Part shown: positions 30,560 through 37,357 of the stretch, piece by piece
How the letters are laid out: each line of letters starts with the position of its first letter
Numbering within the stretch: position 1 is the stretch's first letter
From: a virus
Length of the DNA stretch: 39,948 nucleotides
IMG/VR virus record: IMGVR_UViG_3300048912_000061
Location: 1-39,948 of that record
Direction: 5' to 3' (one strand)
Notes under the pieces: generated by a model
Databases searched by the model: none
What the model saw: only the letters and a program-made list of their open reading frames with translations
What the model was told of the DNA's origin: nothing
Translations under genes and position numbers: made by a program

Positions 30560-30569
30560 CCATCCGCGC

Positions 30570-31289
30570 ATGGAAAATATGGCAACCAGGCTGACCCGCC
30601 TGCTCGACATCAAAAATGGGGGCAATCAGTCCGAATTGGCGCGCTTCTGCGGGGTCACGCCGCAGGCCGTGCAGAAATGGATTGCCGGCCAGACCGAGCC
30701 GCGCGGCGCAAACTTAGAGCGCGCCGCCGAGTTCCTCGGGGTCTCGCAGAGTGAGTTGAAATTCGGTACTGCTGTTGCGCCGAGCCAACGGGTTGAGGCC
30801 GGGCCGTTCTTCCTGGCTGAGCCGACAGACTACGCCTACGGGATGAGCGTTGCCGAAGGCGAGGGCAACAGCATCCAGATTCGCAAGGTGAAGCTGCGGC
30901 TGCGCGCCGGCTACCCGGGCTTCCAGACCGAGCCGGATATGGCCGGCGCCGGCGAGGTGTCCGTGCCGCGCGAACTGATCGCGGCCCTGCGCCTGGACCC
31001 GGCGAACCTGCTGGCCATGGCGGTGCGCGGCGACAGCATGGAGCCGATGATGTTCGAGGACGACGTGGTGATCATCGACAAGTCGGATACCAAGCCGATC
31101 AGCCGCGAGCTGTACGCGGTCAACTTCGACGGTGAGCCGCTTATCAAGCAGCTGCTGTACCGCGGCGGCCAGTGGTACCTCCACTCGCTGAATGGAGAAT
31201 ACGAGGACACCAACGTGCGCAGCGGGCAGACCAGCATCGTGGGCCGTGTGGTCATCCAGCCAACGCGCGTGCTGACCGGCCGCCTGTAG
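30570..31289 (+). CDS. cI: cI-type repressor: XRE HTH plus S24 (LexA-like) autopeptidase domain
   Basis: The HTH is NQSELARFCGVTPQAVQKWIAGQ. An Ala-Gly site occurs in LRLRAGYPG. The Ser motif is GDSMEP and the Lys lies in PLIKQL. The start is ATG 30570 or 30579. The 76-codon track extension would cover cro and the operators. Confidence 0.9.
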   Translation: MENMATRLTRLLDIKNGGNQSELARFCGVTPQAVQKWIAGQTEPRGANLERAAEFLGVSQSELKFGTAVAPSQRVEAGPFFLAEPTDYAYGMSVAEGEGNSIQIRKVKLRLRAGYPGFQTEPDMAGAGEVSVPRELIAALRLDPANLLAMAVRGDSMEPMMFEDDVVIIDKSDTKPISRELYAVNFDGEPLIKQLLYRGGQWYLHSLNGEYEDTNVRSGQTSIVGRVVIQPTRVLTGRL

Positions 31290-31365
31290 ATACACCTTGA
31301 AGCACTTCGCCGGTTGAGCCTGGCTCACCCGACGGCATCTACTCCGCACACACGCGGAGGGATGC

Positions 31366-31713
31366 ATGGACAAGCAGTTAATGACGAAAAGCGGCGCTTT
31401 TCTATTCGAAGGGCGGTGCGTGCAGTTGAACGAAGAGGGCGTTGGCGTGCCCCGGCAGGGCCAGCTGGTGCGGATACTCTCGGATGACGAGATCGAGGTC
31501 TCGTGCGACGGCGTGGCCGAAGTGTGGTCAGTGGCCGAGGTGTCGGTGGTGCTGGGGTGGTCGAGCAAGCCAGCCGCCGCGCCAGCTGAACCGGCGCCCA
31601 AAACTGAGCGCCAGATGCTGCGCGAGTACGGAGCGCGCCAGCGGCTGCGCCAGCGTAGCAGTGATGTGGCCCGGCGGGACTACCTAGACGACCAAGCCAC
31701 GCGGACGAAGTGA
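31366..31713 (+). CDS. Hypothetical protein (115 aa) co-transcribed with cI
   Basis: Track ORF with GGAGGG 5 nt upstream of ATG 31366. It occupies the rexA-like position. Confidence 0.65.
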   Translation: MDKQLMTKSGAFLFEGRCVQLNEEGVGVPRQGQLVRILSDDEIEVSCDGVAEVWSVAEVSVVLGWSSKPAAAPAEPAPKTERQMLREYGARQRLRQRSSDVARRDYLDDQATRTK

Positions 31714-31749
31714 TGGGGACCGGCTCCCCTTGAAGCCGATGGGGGACGG

Positions 31750-32340
31750 ATGAAAACGATTTACGCTCTGATCGTGGCCGCGCTGGTGGCCGGGTGTGCC
31801 ACATCGGCACCCATGGTGCCACCGGGCCAACAGGAACTGCTCTCATACGTTCAAGCCAACAGGGCCAAGGCTGAGGCCGGCCAGCTGCCGTGGTCCGTGT
31901 ACTACAAGGGCGTCTACCAGCGCCTTTCCGCGGCCAATGCCCCAGGCGATATGCTTGGGAGGGCGAATCAGCTGATCCTTGATGCCGAGCGCTACGAGGC
32001 TGGCAACATGACGAAAGCAGAGTTCGAATACCGCCAGCGGCAAGCCAACTCGGAACAGCGCACCTCCGTACAGGCTGCCCAGCAGGCGGCAGCTGAGCAG
32101 CAGCGGCGCGACAGCGCAGCTCAAATGGCAGTGGCGGCGCAACTACTGCAAGCCGGGGCGCCACATTCGTATGCTCCTGCTCCGGCCCCGATTCACCCGG
32201 TAGCCGCCACGCCATCGGGATCTATCATGGGATTTCTGCAGAGCCAGTCCACCAGCGGCCAACTCCGGTACTGCCGATACAGCAACGGTGTCGTGACTAC
32301 CCTCAACATCATGGATCTGTGCCCGCTCAATACGCAGTAG
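31750..32340 (+). CDS. Lipoprotein (196 aa) in the immunity operon
   Basis: MKTIYALIVAALVAGC carries lipobox LVAGC. A Gln/Ala-rich middle is followed by a Cys-containing C-terminus. A strong terminator follows the gene. Confidence 0.8.
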   Translation: MKTIYALIVAALVAGCATSAPMVPPGQQELLSYVQANRAKAEAGQLPWSVYYKGVYQRLSAANAPGDMLGRANQLILDAERYEAGNMTKAEFEYRQRQANSEQRTSVQAAQQAAAEQQRRDSAAQMAVAAQLLQAGAPHSYAPAPAPIHPVAATPSGSIMGFLQSQSTSGQLRYCRYSNGVVTTLNIMDLCPLNTQ

Positions 32341-32357
32341 AGCGATCCTGACGATCG

Positions 32358-32383
32358 GCCCCGCCGAGGTGGGGCTTTTTTTT
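32358..32383 (+). terminator. Intrinsic terminator of the cI-orf115-lipoprotein operon (timm analogue)
   Basis: GCCCC(32358-32362)-gccgaggt-GGGGC(32371-32375) is followed by T8 (32376-32383). Confidence 0.8.
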
Positions 32384-32393
32384 CGCCATCGCT

Positions 32394-32410
32394 TACAACT
32401 TTCTCTTGCA
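32394..32410. promoter_or_regulatory. Degenerate operator-like site OL-b (TACAACTTTCTCTTGCA)
   Basis: The left half matches TACAAC(C/T) and the right half matches 4 of 7. It overlaps the candidate PL -35. Confidence 0.35.
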
Positions 32411-32434
32411 ATGCTGAGTTCGTTGCTGTAACCT
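32406..32434 (+). promoter_or_regulatory. Candidate PL (early-left promoter): -35 TTGCAA, 17-nt spacer, -10 TAACCT
   Basis: TTGCAA is at 32406-32411 and TAACCT at 32429-32434. It lies 23 nt after the immunity terminator and 39 nt before ATG 32473, which has AGGAG upstream. Confidence 0.45.
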
Positions 32435-32443
32435 GAGGTTGTA
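32427..32443. promoter_or_regulatory. Operator-like site OL-a (TGTAACCTGAGGTTGTA)
   Basis: Its reverse complement TACAACCTCAGGTTACA differs from OR-a only in the 3-nt spacer. It covers the candidate PL -10. GTTGTAGTT is shared with the OR region. Confidence 0.5.
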
Positions 32444-32472
32444 GTTAGTTGAAACGAACCCAGGAGCAGTAG

Positions 32473-32859
32473 ATGACCCGCCTCGAACACATCACCCTTC
32501 CGGCCCTTGCCTTCGAAGCCGTCTTCGCCTCGGCCGGCTACCAGATGACCGCCGCGCGCGTGTCCCTGGAGTGCTTCATGCCCGCCAGCCCGAGCAACAA
32601 GCCGCTGCGCGTGGTGCTGGAGCACGACACCGAGTTCAAGGGCGTGCCGACGCTGGTGGTGCCACGCAGCCGCGCCGTGCTGGACTGCGAGCGCCCGAAG
32701 ATCACGCTGCCGTCTGCCTTCGATGTGACCGAGCTGGTGGACATCGAGCAGGTGACCGAGCTGGTGCGCGAGTGGCGCGCGGACAAGGCCGAGGACGAGC
32801 TGCACATGCTGGCGCGGCGCGCGGGCCTCGATATCTCGTTTGCCAAGGTGATGGCATGA
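32473..32859 (+). CDS. First early-left gene, hypothetical (128 aa)
   Basis: Track ORF with AGGAG upstream and good GC3. No motif recognised; it is not Arg-rich or N-like. Confidence 0.65.
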   Translation: MTRLEHITLPALAFEAVFASAGYQMTAARVSLECFMPASPSNKPLRVVLEHDTEFKGVPTLVVPRSRAVLDCERPKITLPSAFDVTELVDIEQVTELVREWRADKAEDELHMLARRAGLDISFAKVMA

Positions 32860-33047
32860 GCTGCCCGGTCTGCGCCGATACCGGCTCGATCCTCAAGACC
32901 CTATACGCCGACAAGGACTGCGTTCACTGCGAGGTCGCCATTGAGCGCGTCGAGCTGGAGCAGTGGCTGTCCGCCGAACACATCAAGGTCGACCCGGCGG
33001 AAGCCTGGCTGATCTACCGGCGCGGCGCCGAGAAGGTGACCGCCTGA
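32856..33047 (+). CDS. Small zinc-ribbon protein (63 aa): CPVC...CVHC
   Basis: ATG 32856 overlaps the upstream stop (ATGA). The sequence is MSCPVCADTGSILKTLYADKDCVHCEVAIERVELEQW.... It is the tail of track ORF 32571..33047. Confidence 0.6.
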   Translation: MSCPVCADTGSILKTLYADKDCVHCEVAIERVELEQWLSAEHIKVDPAEAWLIYRRGAEKVTA

Positions 33048-33490
33048 CCCTCGTAAGGGGTCACCACAGGAGGGGCGATTGTGGCTGACGACCGAACGCA
33101 TGTGTCTAGTCAACGCGTGCGGCAGTCGCTCCTCCTGTGGTGAATGCGCAGGCTGATGCGCGTGGGCTGACCACCCTGCTACTCACTTTGTGGCGTACAG
33201 GTCAATAAGGCAGGAAAGCCAGAGATCAGCACTGGCCCCCACAGGCGCCGTAAGGCGAGCAAGGCAGCGAGGCACGCTTAAAAAGCCCGAGTCGGTGAGA
33301 TGCCGACGCCAACCGGGAGCGGCCTGACCGCGAATAAGGGCGCGGGAAGGTGTGGAGCCATGCACCGCAGGCCGTTCCCGGTTGGCCGGGCTGATCGAGG
33401 GTTAGCTCCTCGAAATCCCCTTCAGCCGCATTACAACGCCGAGGCTTCAATTCAGCGGCCCGGCCAACACCATAACGATACGGAGAACAG
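33048..33490 (+). ncRNA. ORF-free, hairpin-rich 440-nt block inside the early-left operon (candidate structured RNA or processing/regulatory region)
   Basis: No protein-like ORF on either strand, with stops in all plus frames. The block is lower in GC than its flanks. A 21-bp stem pairs 33062-33082 with 33122-33142, and at least eight further 4-5 bp hairpins are present, including a GUAA tetraloop at 33246-33257. Confidence 0.4.
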
Positions 33491-33604
33491 ATGATCCGCT
33501 ACATCGCCCGCCAGCCCGGCAAGCGCCACTGGCTCAACGTCACCCCGGCCTATGTCGAGGCCTTCAAGGCTGCAGGCTTCATCGTGCGCGAGGTGCGGCT
33601 GTGA
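33491..33604 (+). CDS. Small ORF, 37 aa (MIRYIARQPGKRHWLNVTPAYVEAFKAAGFIVREVRL), not in the track
   Basis: GGAG lies 6 nt upstream of ATG 33491. Its stop overlaps the GTG start of the next gene (GTGA). Confidence 0.45.
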   Translation: MIRYIARQPGKRHWLNVTPAYVEAFKAAGFIVREVRL

Positions 33605-33840
33605 GCGCGCGCGACAACGGCGGGGCGGCGTTCCCCGATCCTGGCCGCGCCCAGTCCGCGAAGCAGCGCGAGGTGTTGACCGATACCGGCATGACGCTGC
33701 GCGACTACTTCGCGGCGGCGGCGCTGCAAGGTTTTATCGCCTGCCACTCTGGCATGGACGTGTGCACGCCTGATCCGCAACAAGCAGCAGGCCGTGCTTA
33801 TGAATATGCAGACGCCATGCTCGCGGAGCGTGCCAAGTGA
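33601..33840 (+). CDS. Hypothetical conserved-looking phage protein (79 aa)
   Basis: Track ORF. ...GMTLRDYFAAAALQGFIA...AAGRAYEYADAMLAERAK is a pattern often seen in small phage early proteins (from memory). Confidence 0.65.
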   Translation: MSARDNGGAAFPDPGRAQSAKQREVLTDTGMTLRDYFAAAALQGFIACHSGMDVCTPDPQQAAGRAYEYADAMLAERAK

Positions 33841-33962
33841 TTCGCCGCGCCACCACCACCATCGCCGCCGGCGCCGAATGGCTGTGGGACGACTGCAACC
33901 GCTCGTGCCGCGTGCCGCTGACCGTGCTCGCCCTGGTCGTCATCTTCAACTGGAGCACCTGA
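33837..33962 (+). CDS. Possible 41-aa membrane peptide (…RVPLTVLALVVIFNWST)
   Basis: GTG 33837 overlaps the upstream stop (GTGA), and its stop shares a base with the next ATG (TGATG). High GC3. Confidence 0.35.
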   Translation: MIRRATTTIAAGAEWLWDDCNRSCRVPLTVLALVVIFNWST

Positions 33963-34057
33963 TGCGCCTGATCGCTCTCTATTGCCTCTATCGCCGCGTG
34001 CGTCTCGGCCGCATCAGGGCCGCGCGCATGGCGGTCAATGTCTACCTGACCTTTTAA
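33962..34057 (+). CDS. Possible 31-aa basic peptide (MRLIALYCLYRRVRLGRIRAARMAVNVYLTF)
   Basis: ATG 33962 is in a TGATG coupling. It ends 10 nt before recT. This is the tail of track ORF 33794..34057. Confidence 0.3.
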   Translation: MRLIALYCLYRRVRLGRIRAARMAVNVYLTF

Positions 34058-34067
34058 CGGAGTCCTC

Positions 34068-35066
34068 ATGAGCAACAGTAACGCCCTCGCCATCGTCACC
34101 AAGGACATTCAGGAGGTGCGCGACGATTTCTCGCGCGTCCTGGCTGACCGCTCGATCTCGTTTGAGCGCGAGGCCGGGTTCGCCATCCAGGTCCTGCAGA
34201 ACAACGACTACGCGCTCAGCGTGGCGATGAAGGACCGCATGTCAGTGATGAACGCGGTGAAGAATATTGCGGCCATCGGCATCAGCCTGAACCCGGCGCG
34301 CAAGCAGGCCTATCTGGTGCCGCGCGGCGGGCGCATCTGCTTGGACATCAGCTACATCGGGCTGATCGACATCGCGGTGGCTTCGGGCTCCGTGGTGTGG
34401 GCTCAGGCCGAGGTGGTGCGCGAGAACGACGGCTTCACGCTGAACGGTCTGGACCAGGCGCCCACGCACAACTTCAACCCGTTCGGCAAGGACCGCGGCG
34501 ACCTCGTGGGCGCGTACTGCGTGGCCAAGCTGCACAACGGCGACTTCCTGACCACCACGATGTCGATCGATGACATCTTCTCGATCCGCAACCGGTCCGA
34601 GTCGTGGAAGAAGAAAAGCGGACCGTGGGCGACCGATGAGGGCGAGATGGTCAAGAAGACCGTCATCAAGCGCGCCTACAAGCTCTGGCCGAAGACCGAG
34701 CGCATGGACGATGCGATGCGCCAGCTCAACGACGAGAACGGCGAAGGGCTGGCCGCTGACGTGCCGCCGGACTGGGTGGACGTGGCGCCGATGATCGCCG
34801 AGGCGATGGCGACTCGCACCGACGCCGAGGCCTTGGCCTACTGGCGGCAGAACAACGGCCGCCTGGCCAAGCAGCCTGCCGACCACAAGAAGTTGAAGGA
34901 AGCGGTTGCATCGCACCGGGCCGCGCTGCGCGACCAGCAGGCCGCCGACGACGAGCGCACCATCGATATGCCGCCGCCGGCCGCCGCTGAGCCGCCGCCG
35001 ATCGACACCACGGGCATGACCGCCGAGGAGGCCGACTACCAGCGCAGCATGCAGGGGGGGGTGTGA
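34068..35066 (+). CDS. recT: RecT-family single-strand annealing protein
   Basis: ...AAIGISLNPARKQAYLVPRGGRICLDISYIGLIDIAVASGSV...VGAYCVAKL...EMVKKTVIKRAYKLWP is the RecT pattern. It is followed, after the HNH insert, by a YqaJ-type exonuclease. Confidence 0.9.
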   Translation: MSNSNALAIVTKDIQEVRDDFSRVLADRSISFEREAGFAIQVLQNNDYALSVAMKDRMSVMNAVKNIAAIGISLNPARKQAYLVPRGGRICLDISYIGLIDIAVASGSVVWAQAEVVRENDGFTLNGLDQAPTHNFNPFGKDRGDLVGAYCVAKLHNGDFLTTTMSIDDIFSIRNRSESWKKKSGPWATDEGEMVKKTVIKRAYKLWPKTERMDDAMRQLNDENGEGLAADVPPDWVDVAPMIAEAMATRTDAEALAYWRQNNGRLAKQPADHKKLKEAVASHRAALRDQQAADDERTIDMPPPAAAEPPPIDTTGMTAEEADYQRSMQGGV

Positions 35067-35572
35067 TTCGCCACCCGGCCCTCACGGTTCAGGAGATCGA
35101 GCAGCGACTGCAGGTCGATCTTGCCACCGGTGTCTGCGTCTGGCGCGACGCCACGAAGCATCATCGTCCTTTGGTTGGGAAGGTGGCTGGCCACGCTCGA
35201 CCAAACCACTCCGGCAAATGCTACTGGATCATCAAAATAAATGGGATTCCGTACCGGCGTGCGCAGATCGTTTTGACCATCGCAACCGGGCGGTGGCCCA
35301 CGGACACCGTCGATCACATCGATGGCGACTCGCTGAACGACTGCGCGGCCAATCTCCGGCACGCGACCATCATGCAAAACGCCTGGAATCACAAGCGGCG
35401 CGCCAAGACCGCTTCCACTCCAATGGGCGTTCGGATGCTTCCGTCTGGGCGGTATCAAGTCCGCATTGCGGTGAACAAGAAGCAAATTCATGTCGGGACT
35501 TTTTCAACAGTTGAGGCCGCAAGCGCTGCCTACCAACAAGCTCGAAAGGAGAACTACGGTGCGTTTTGTTGA
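35063..35572 (+). CDS. Free-standing HNH homing endonuclease with an AP2-type DNA-binding domain
   Basis: The HNH_3 pattern is VDHIDGDSLNDCAANLRHATIMQNAWN. The AP2-like part is GVRMLPSGRYQVRIAVNKKQIHVGTFSTVEAASAAYQQA. The gene is locally AT-richer (atcaaaataaatggg). GTG 35063 overlaps the recT stop, and the 3-prime end overlaps the exonuclease start. Confidence 0.85.
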   Translation: MIRHPALTVQEIEQRLQVDLATGVCVWRDATKHHRPLVGKVAGHARPNHSGKCYWIIKINGIPYRRAQIVLTIATGRWPTDTVDHIDGDSLNDCAANLRHATIMQNAWNHKRRAKTASTPMGVRMLPSGRYQVRIAVNKKQIHVGTFSTVEAASAAYQQARKENYGAFC

Positions 35573-36209
35573 ATGCAAACAGGGTGAACCAGGTTGGTTC
35601 GCTGCCCGCTGCGGCAAGATCACCGCGTCCTGCTTCGCTGAGGCGATCAGCACCACCAGCCGCGCCAGTGGCACGCGCAAGGCCGGTGACCCGTCCGCCG
35701 CCGCTGAACGCTACGCCGCCGACCTCGCGCTGGAGCGCATCAGCGGCCAGCCGCACGGCGAGCCGCCGAAGGCCTGGGTGCTCGACCGCGGCCACGAGAT
35801 GGAAGCCATCGCGCGCCGCCTGTACGAGGGCCGCACGGGCGCGTTCGTGACCGAGGCGGGCATCTGCCTGACCGACGACGAAATCTTCGGCTACAGCACC
35901 GATGGCCTCGTGGACGATGACGGCCTCATCGAGATCAAGGCGCCCATCGACAGCACGAAGATCCACCACATCCTGACCACCGGCGATCTTTCCGAATACC
36001 TGCACCAGATGCAGGGCGGCATGTGGATCACCGGCCGCAAGTGGACGGACTTCATCATGTTCGTGCCCGACCTGGAAGCCGTCGGCCGTGACCTGTACGT
36101 GCAGCGCGTGCTGCGCGACGACGAGTTCATCGACCGCATGGTCGGCCAGCTCGTGCGCTTCGATGACATGGTGCGCGCGTACGAACTCGACTTCCGCAAG
36201 GCCGCCTGA
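35559..36209 (+). CDS. YqaJ/lambda-Exo-like recombination exonuclease (PD-(D/E)xK)
   Basis: ...WFAARCGKITASCFAEA...GHEMEAIARRLYE...GYSTDGLV...GLIEIKAP.... GTG 35559 has AGGAG 7 nt upstream. Confidence 0.85.
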   Translation: MRFVECKQGEPGWFAARCGKITASCFAEAISTTSRASGTRKAGDPSAAAERYAADLALERISGQPHGEPPKAWVLDRGHEMEAIARRLYEGRTGAFVTEAGICLTDDEIFGYSTDGLVDDDGLIEIKAPIDSTKIHHILTTGDLSEYLHQMQGGMWITGRKWTDFIMFVPDLEAVGRDLYVQRVLRDDEFIDRMVGQLVRFDDMVRAYELDFRKAA

Positions 36210-36433
36210 TGCGCCAGCAACTGCTCTCCGTCTGGCTGGCCGCGCGCTGCCGCGAAGAGCGGTTCCAGCGCTTCCTCGGCGCTACCGACGAAGCCGAAGC
36301 CGCGGAAGTGGTCCGCCGCGTGTGCGGCGTCACCAGCCGGGCCGAGATCGACCGCGACGAGCAGGCGCGCACCAAGTTCCACAAGATCATCCGCATCCCT
36401 TATTCGCAGTACCACCACAACCAGGAGTCCTGA
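36209..36433 (+). CDS. Hypothetical protein (74 aa)
   Basis: Track ORF. The ATG shares a base with the exonuclease stop (TGATG). Confidence 0.6.
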   Translation: MRQQLLSVWLAARCREERFQRFLGATDEAEAAEVVRRVCGVTSRAEIDRDEQARTKFHKIIRIPYSQYHHNQES

Positions 36434-36434
36434 A

Positions 36435-36950
36435 ATGCTCGAAATCCGCAACCTGAAAACCCAGCTCGCATCCGTCAACGCGCGCGCCGAGTGCCACGGC
36501 GACGAGAAGAAGCCCGCGCTCGACTTGAAGCTGGTGTGCGCCATGCCCAACGACGTGCTGATCGAGCTGCATCCCGAGCTGCGCTCGCTGCTCTACAAGC
36601 GCCCCGACGATCCTGACCTGGCCGACCAGGGCACGCCCGATGCTCTGACCTCGTTGCGCTTCCCCAAGATGTCCGGCTTTAAATGGGACTTCGAGGCCGA
36701 AGGCTACTCGCTGCGCATCGCCTACGGTATCGGCGGCCCGAGCGACATCATCCTGTCCGACTGCAAGGTGCACAAGGTCAGCATCCAGCCGCAGAACGGC
36801 GGCACGGTAAACGTCTCGTGCACGGTGGTCGCGCATCCGGAGAGCGGCGTAGTGGGCAAGCTGTGCGAGATGATCCAGCAGACGGTCGAAATGGATCTGA
36901 TCGCGCCGGAACCGACCACGCTGGGCGAGCTGTTCAAGGAAGCCGCCTGA
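36435..36950 (+). CDS. Hypothetical protein (171 aa)
   Basis: Track ORF starting 1 nt after the upstream stop. Good GC3. No motif recognised. Confidence 0.65.
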   Translation: MLEIRNLKTQLASVNARAECHGDEKKPALDLKLVCAMPNDVLIELHPELRSLLYKRPDDPDLADQGTPDALTSLRFPKMSGFKWDFEAEGYSLRIAYGIGGPSDIILSDCKVHKVSIQPQNGGTVNVSCTVVAHPESGVVGKLCEMIQQTVEMDLIAPEPTTLGELFKEAA

Positions 36951-36952
36951 TC

Positions 36953-37357
36953 ATGGCCACCGAGTACATCAGCAGCAGCAGGACCGCGGTGCACGTGCCG
37001 ACCGCGTGGGAGCGCAAGGACGCCGCGATCAAGCGCGTTCTCGCGCTGCTGGAGCAAAAGCCGCACTCGTGCTTCGACATCTCGGGCGTGCTCAAGATCC
37101 CGGCCGCGACTGTGTACGACTACCTGCACCAACTGGAGGCCGAGGGCGTCGTGTTTGCCATGCAGTCGCTGGACAGGCGCGGTCGCAAGGTCTGGACGTT
37201 GGATAAAACGGCCGACCTGGAGGTGAGCGATCGGGTGATGGCCGAGCATGCGAAGCGGTGCAGCCGCGTGCCGGCGCGGCAGATGGGCATGCAGCGGCAC
37301 TGGATGGACGTGGCGCTGTTCGGACCTGCACCGGCCACCACCAAGGACCACCCATGA
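36953..37357 (+). CDS. Winged-helix-like DNA-binding protein (134 aa)
   Basis: ATG 36953. IKRVLALLEQKPHSCFDISGVLKIPAATVYDYLHQLEAEGVVFAM looks like a MarR/ArsR-type wHTH. This is the tail of track ORF 36683..37357. Confidence 0.55.
   Translation: MATEYISSSRTAVHVPTAWERKDAAIKRVLALLEQKPHSCFDISGVLKIPAATVYDYLHQLEAEGVVFAMQSLDRRGRKVWTLDKTADLEVSDRVMAEHAKRCSRVPARQMGMQRHWMDVALFGPAPATTKDHP

Noticed and set aside
30342-30569. 76-codon N-terminal extension of the cI ORF
   Set aside because: It would run through the cro gene on the opposite strand and through the operator region. The HTH domain begins right after ATG 30570/30579.
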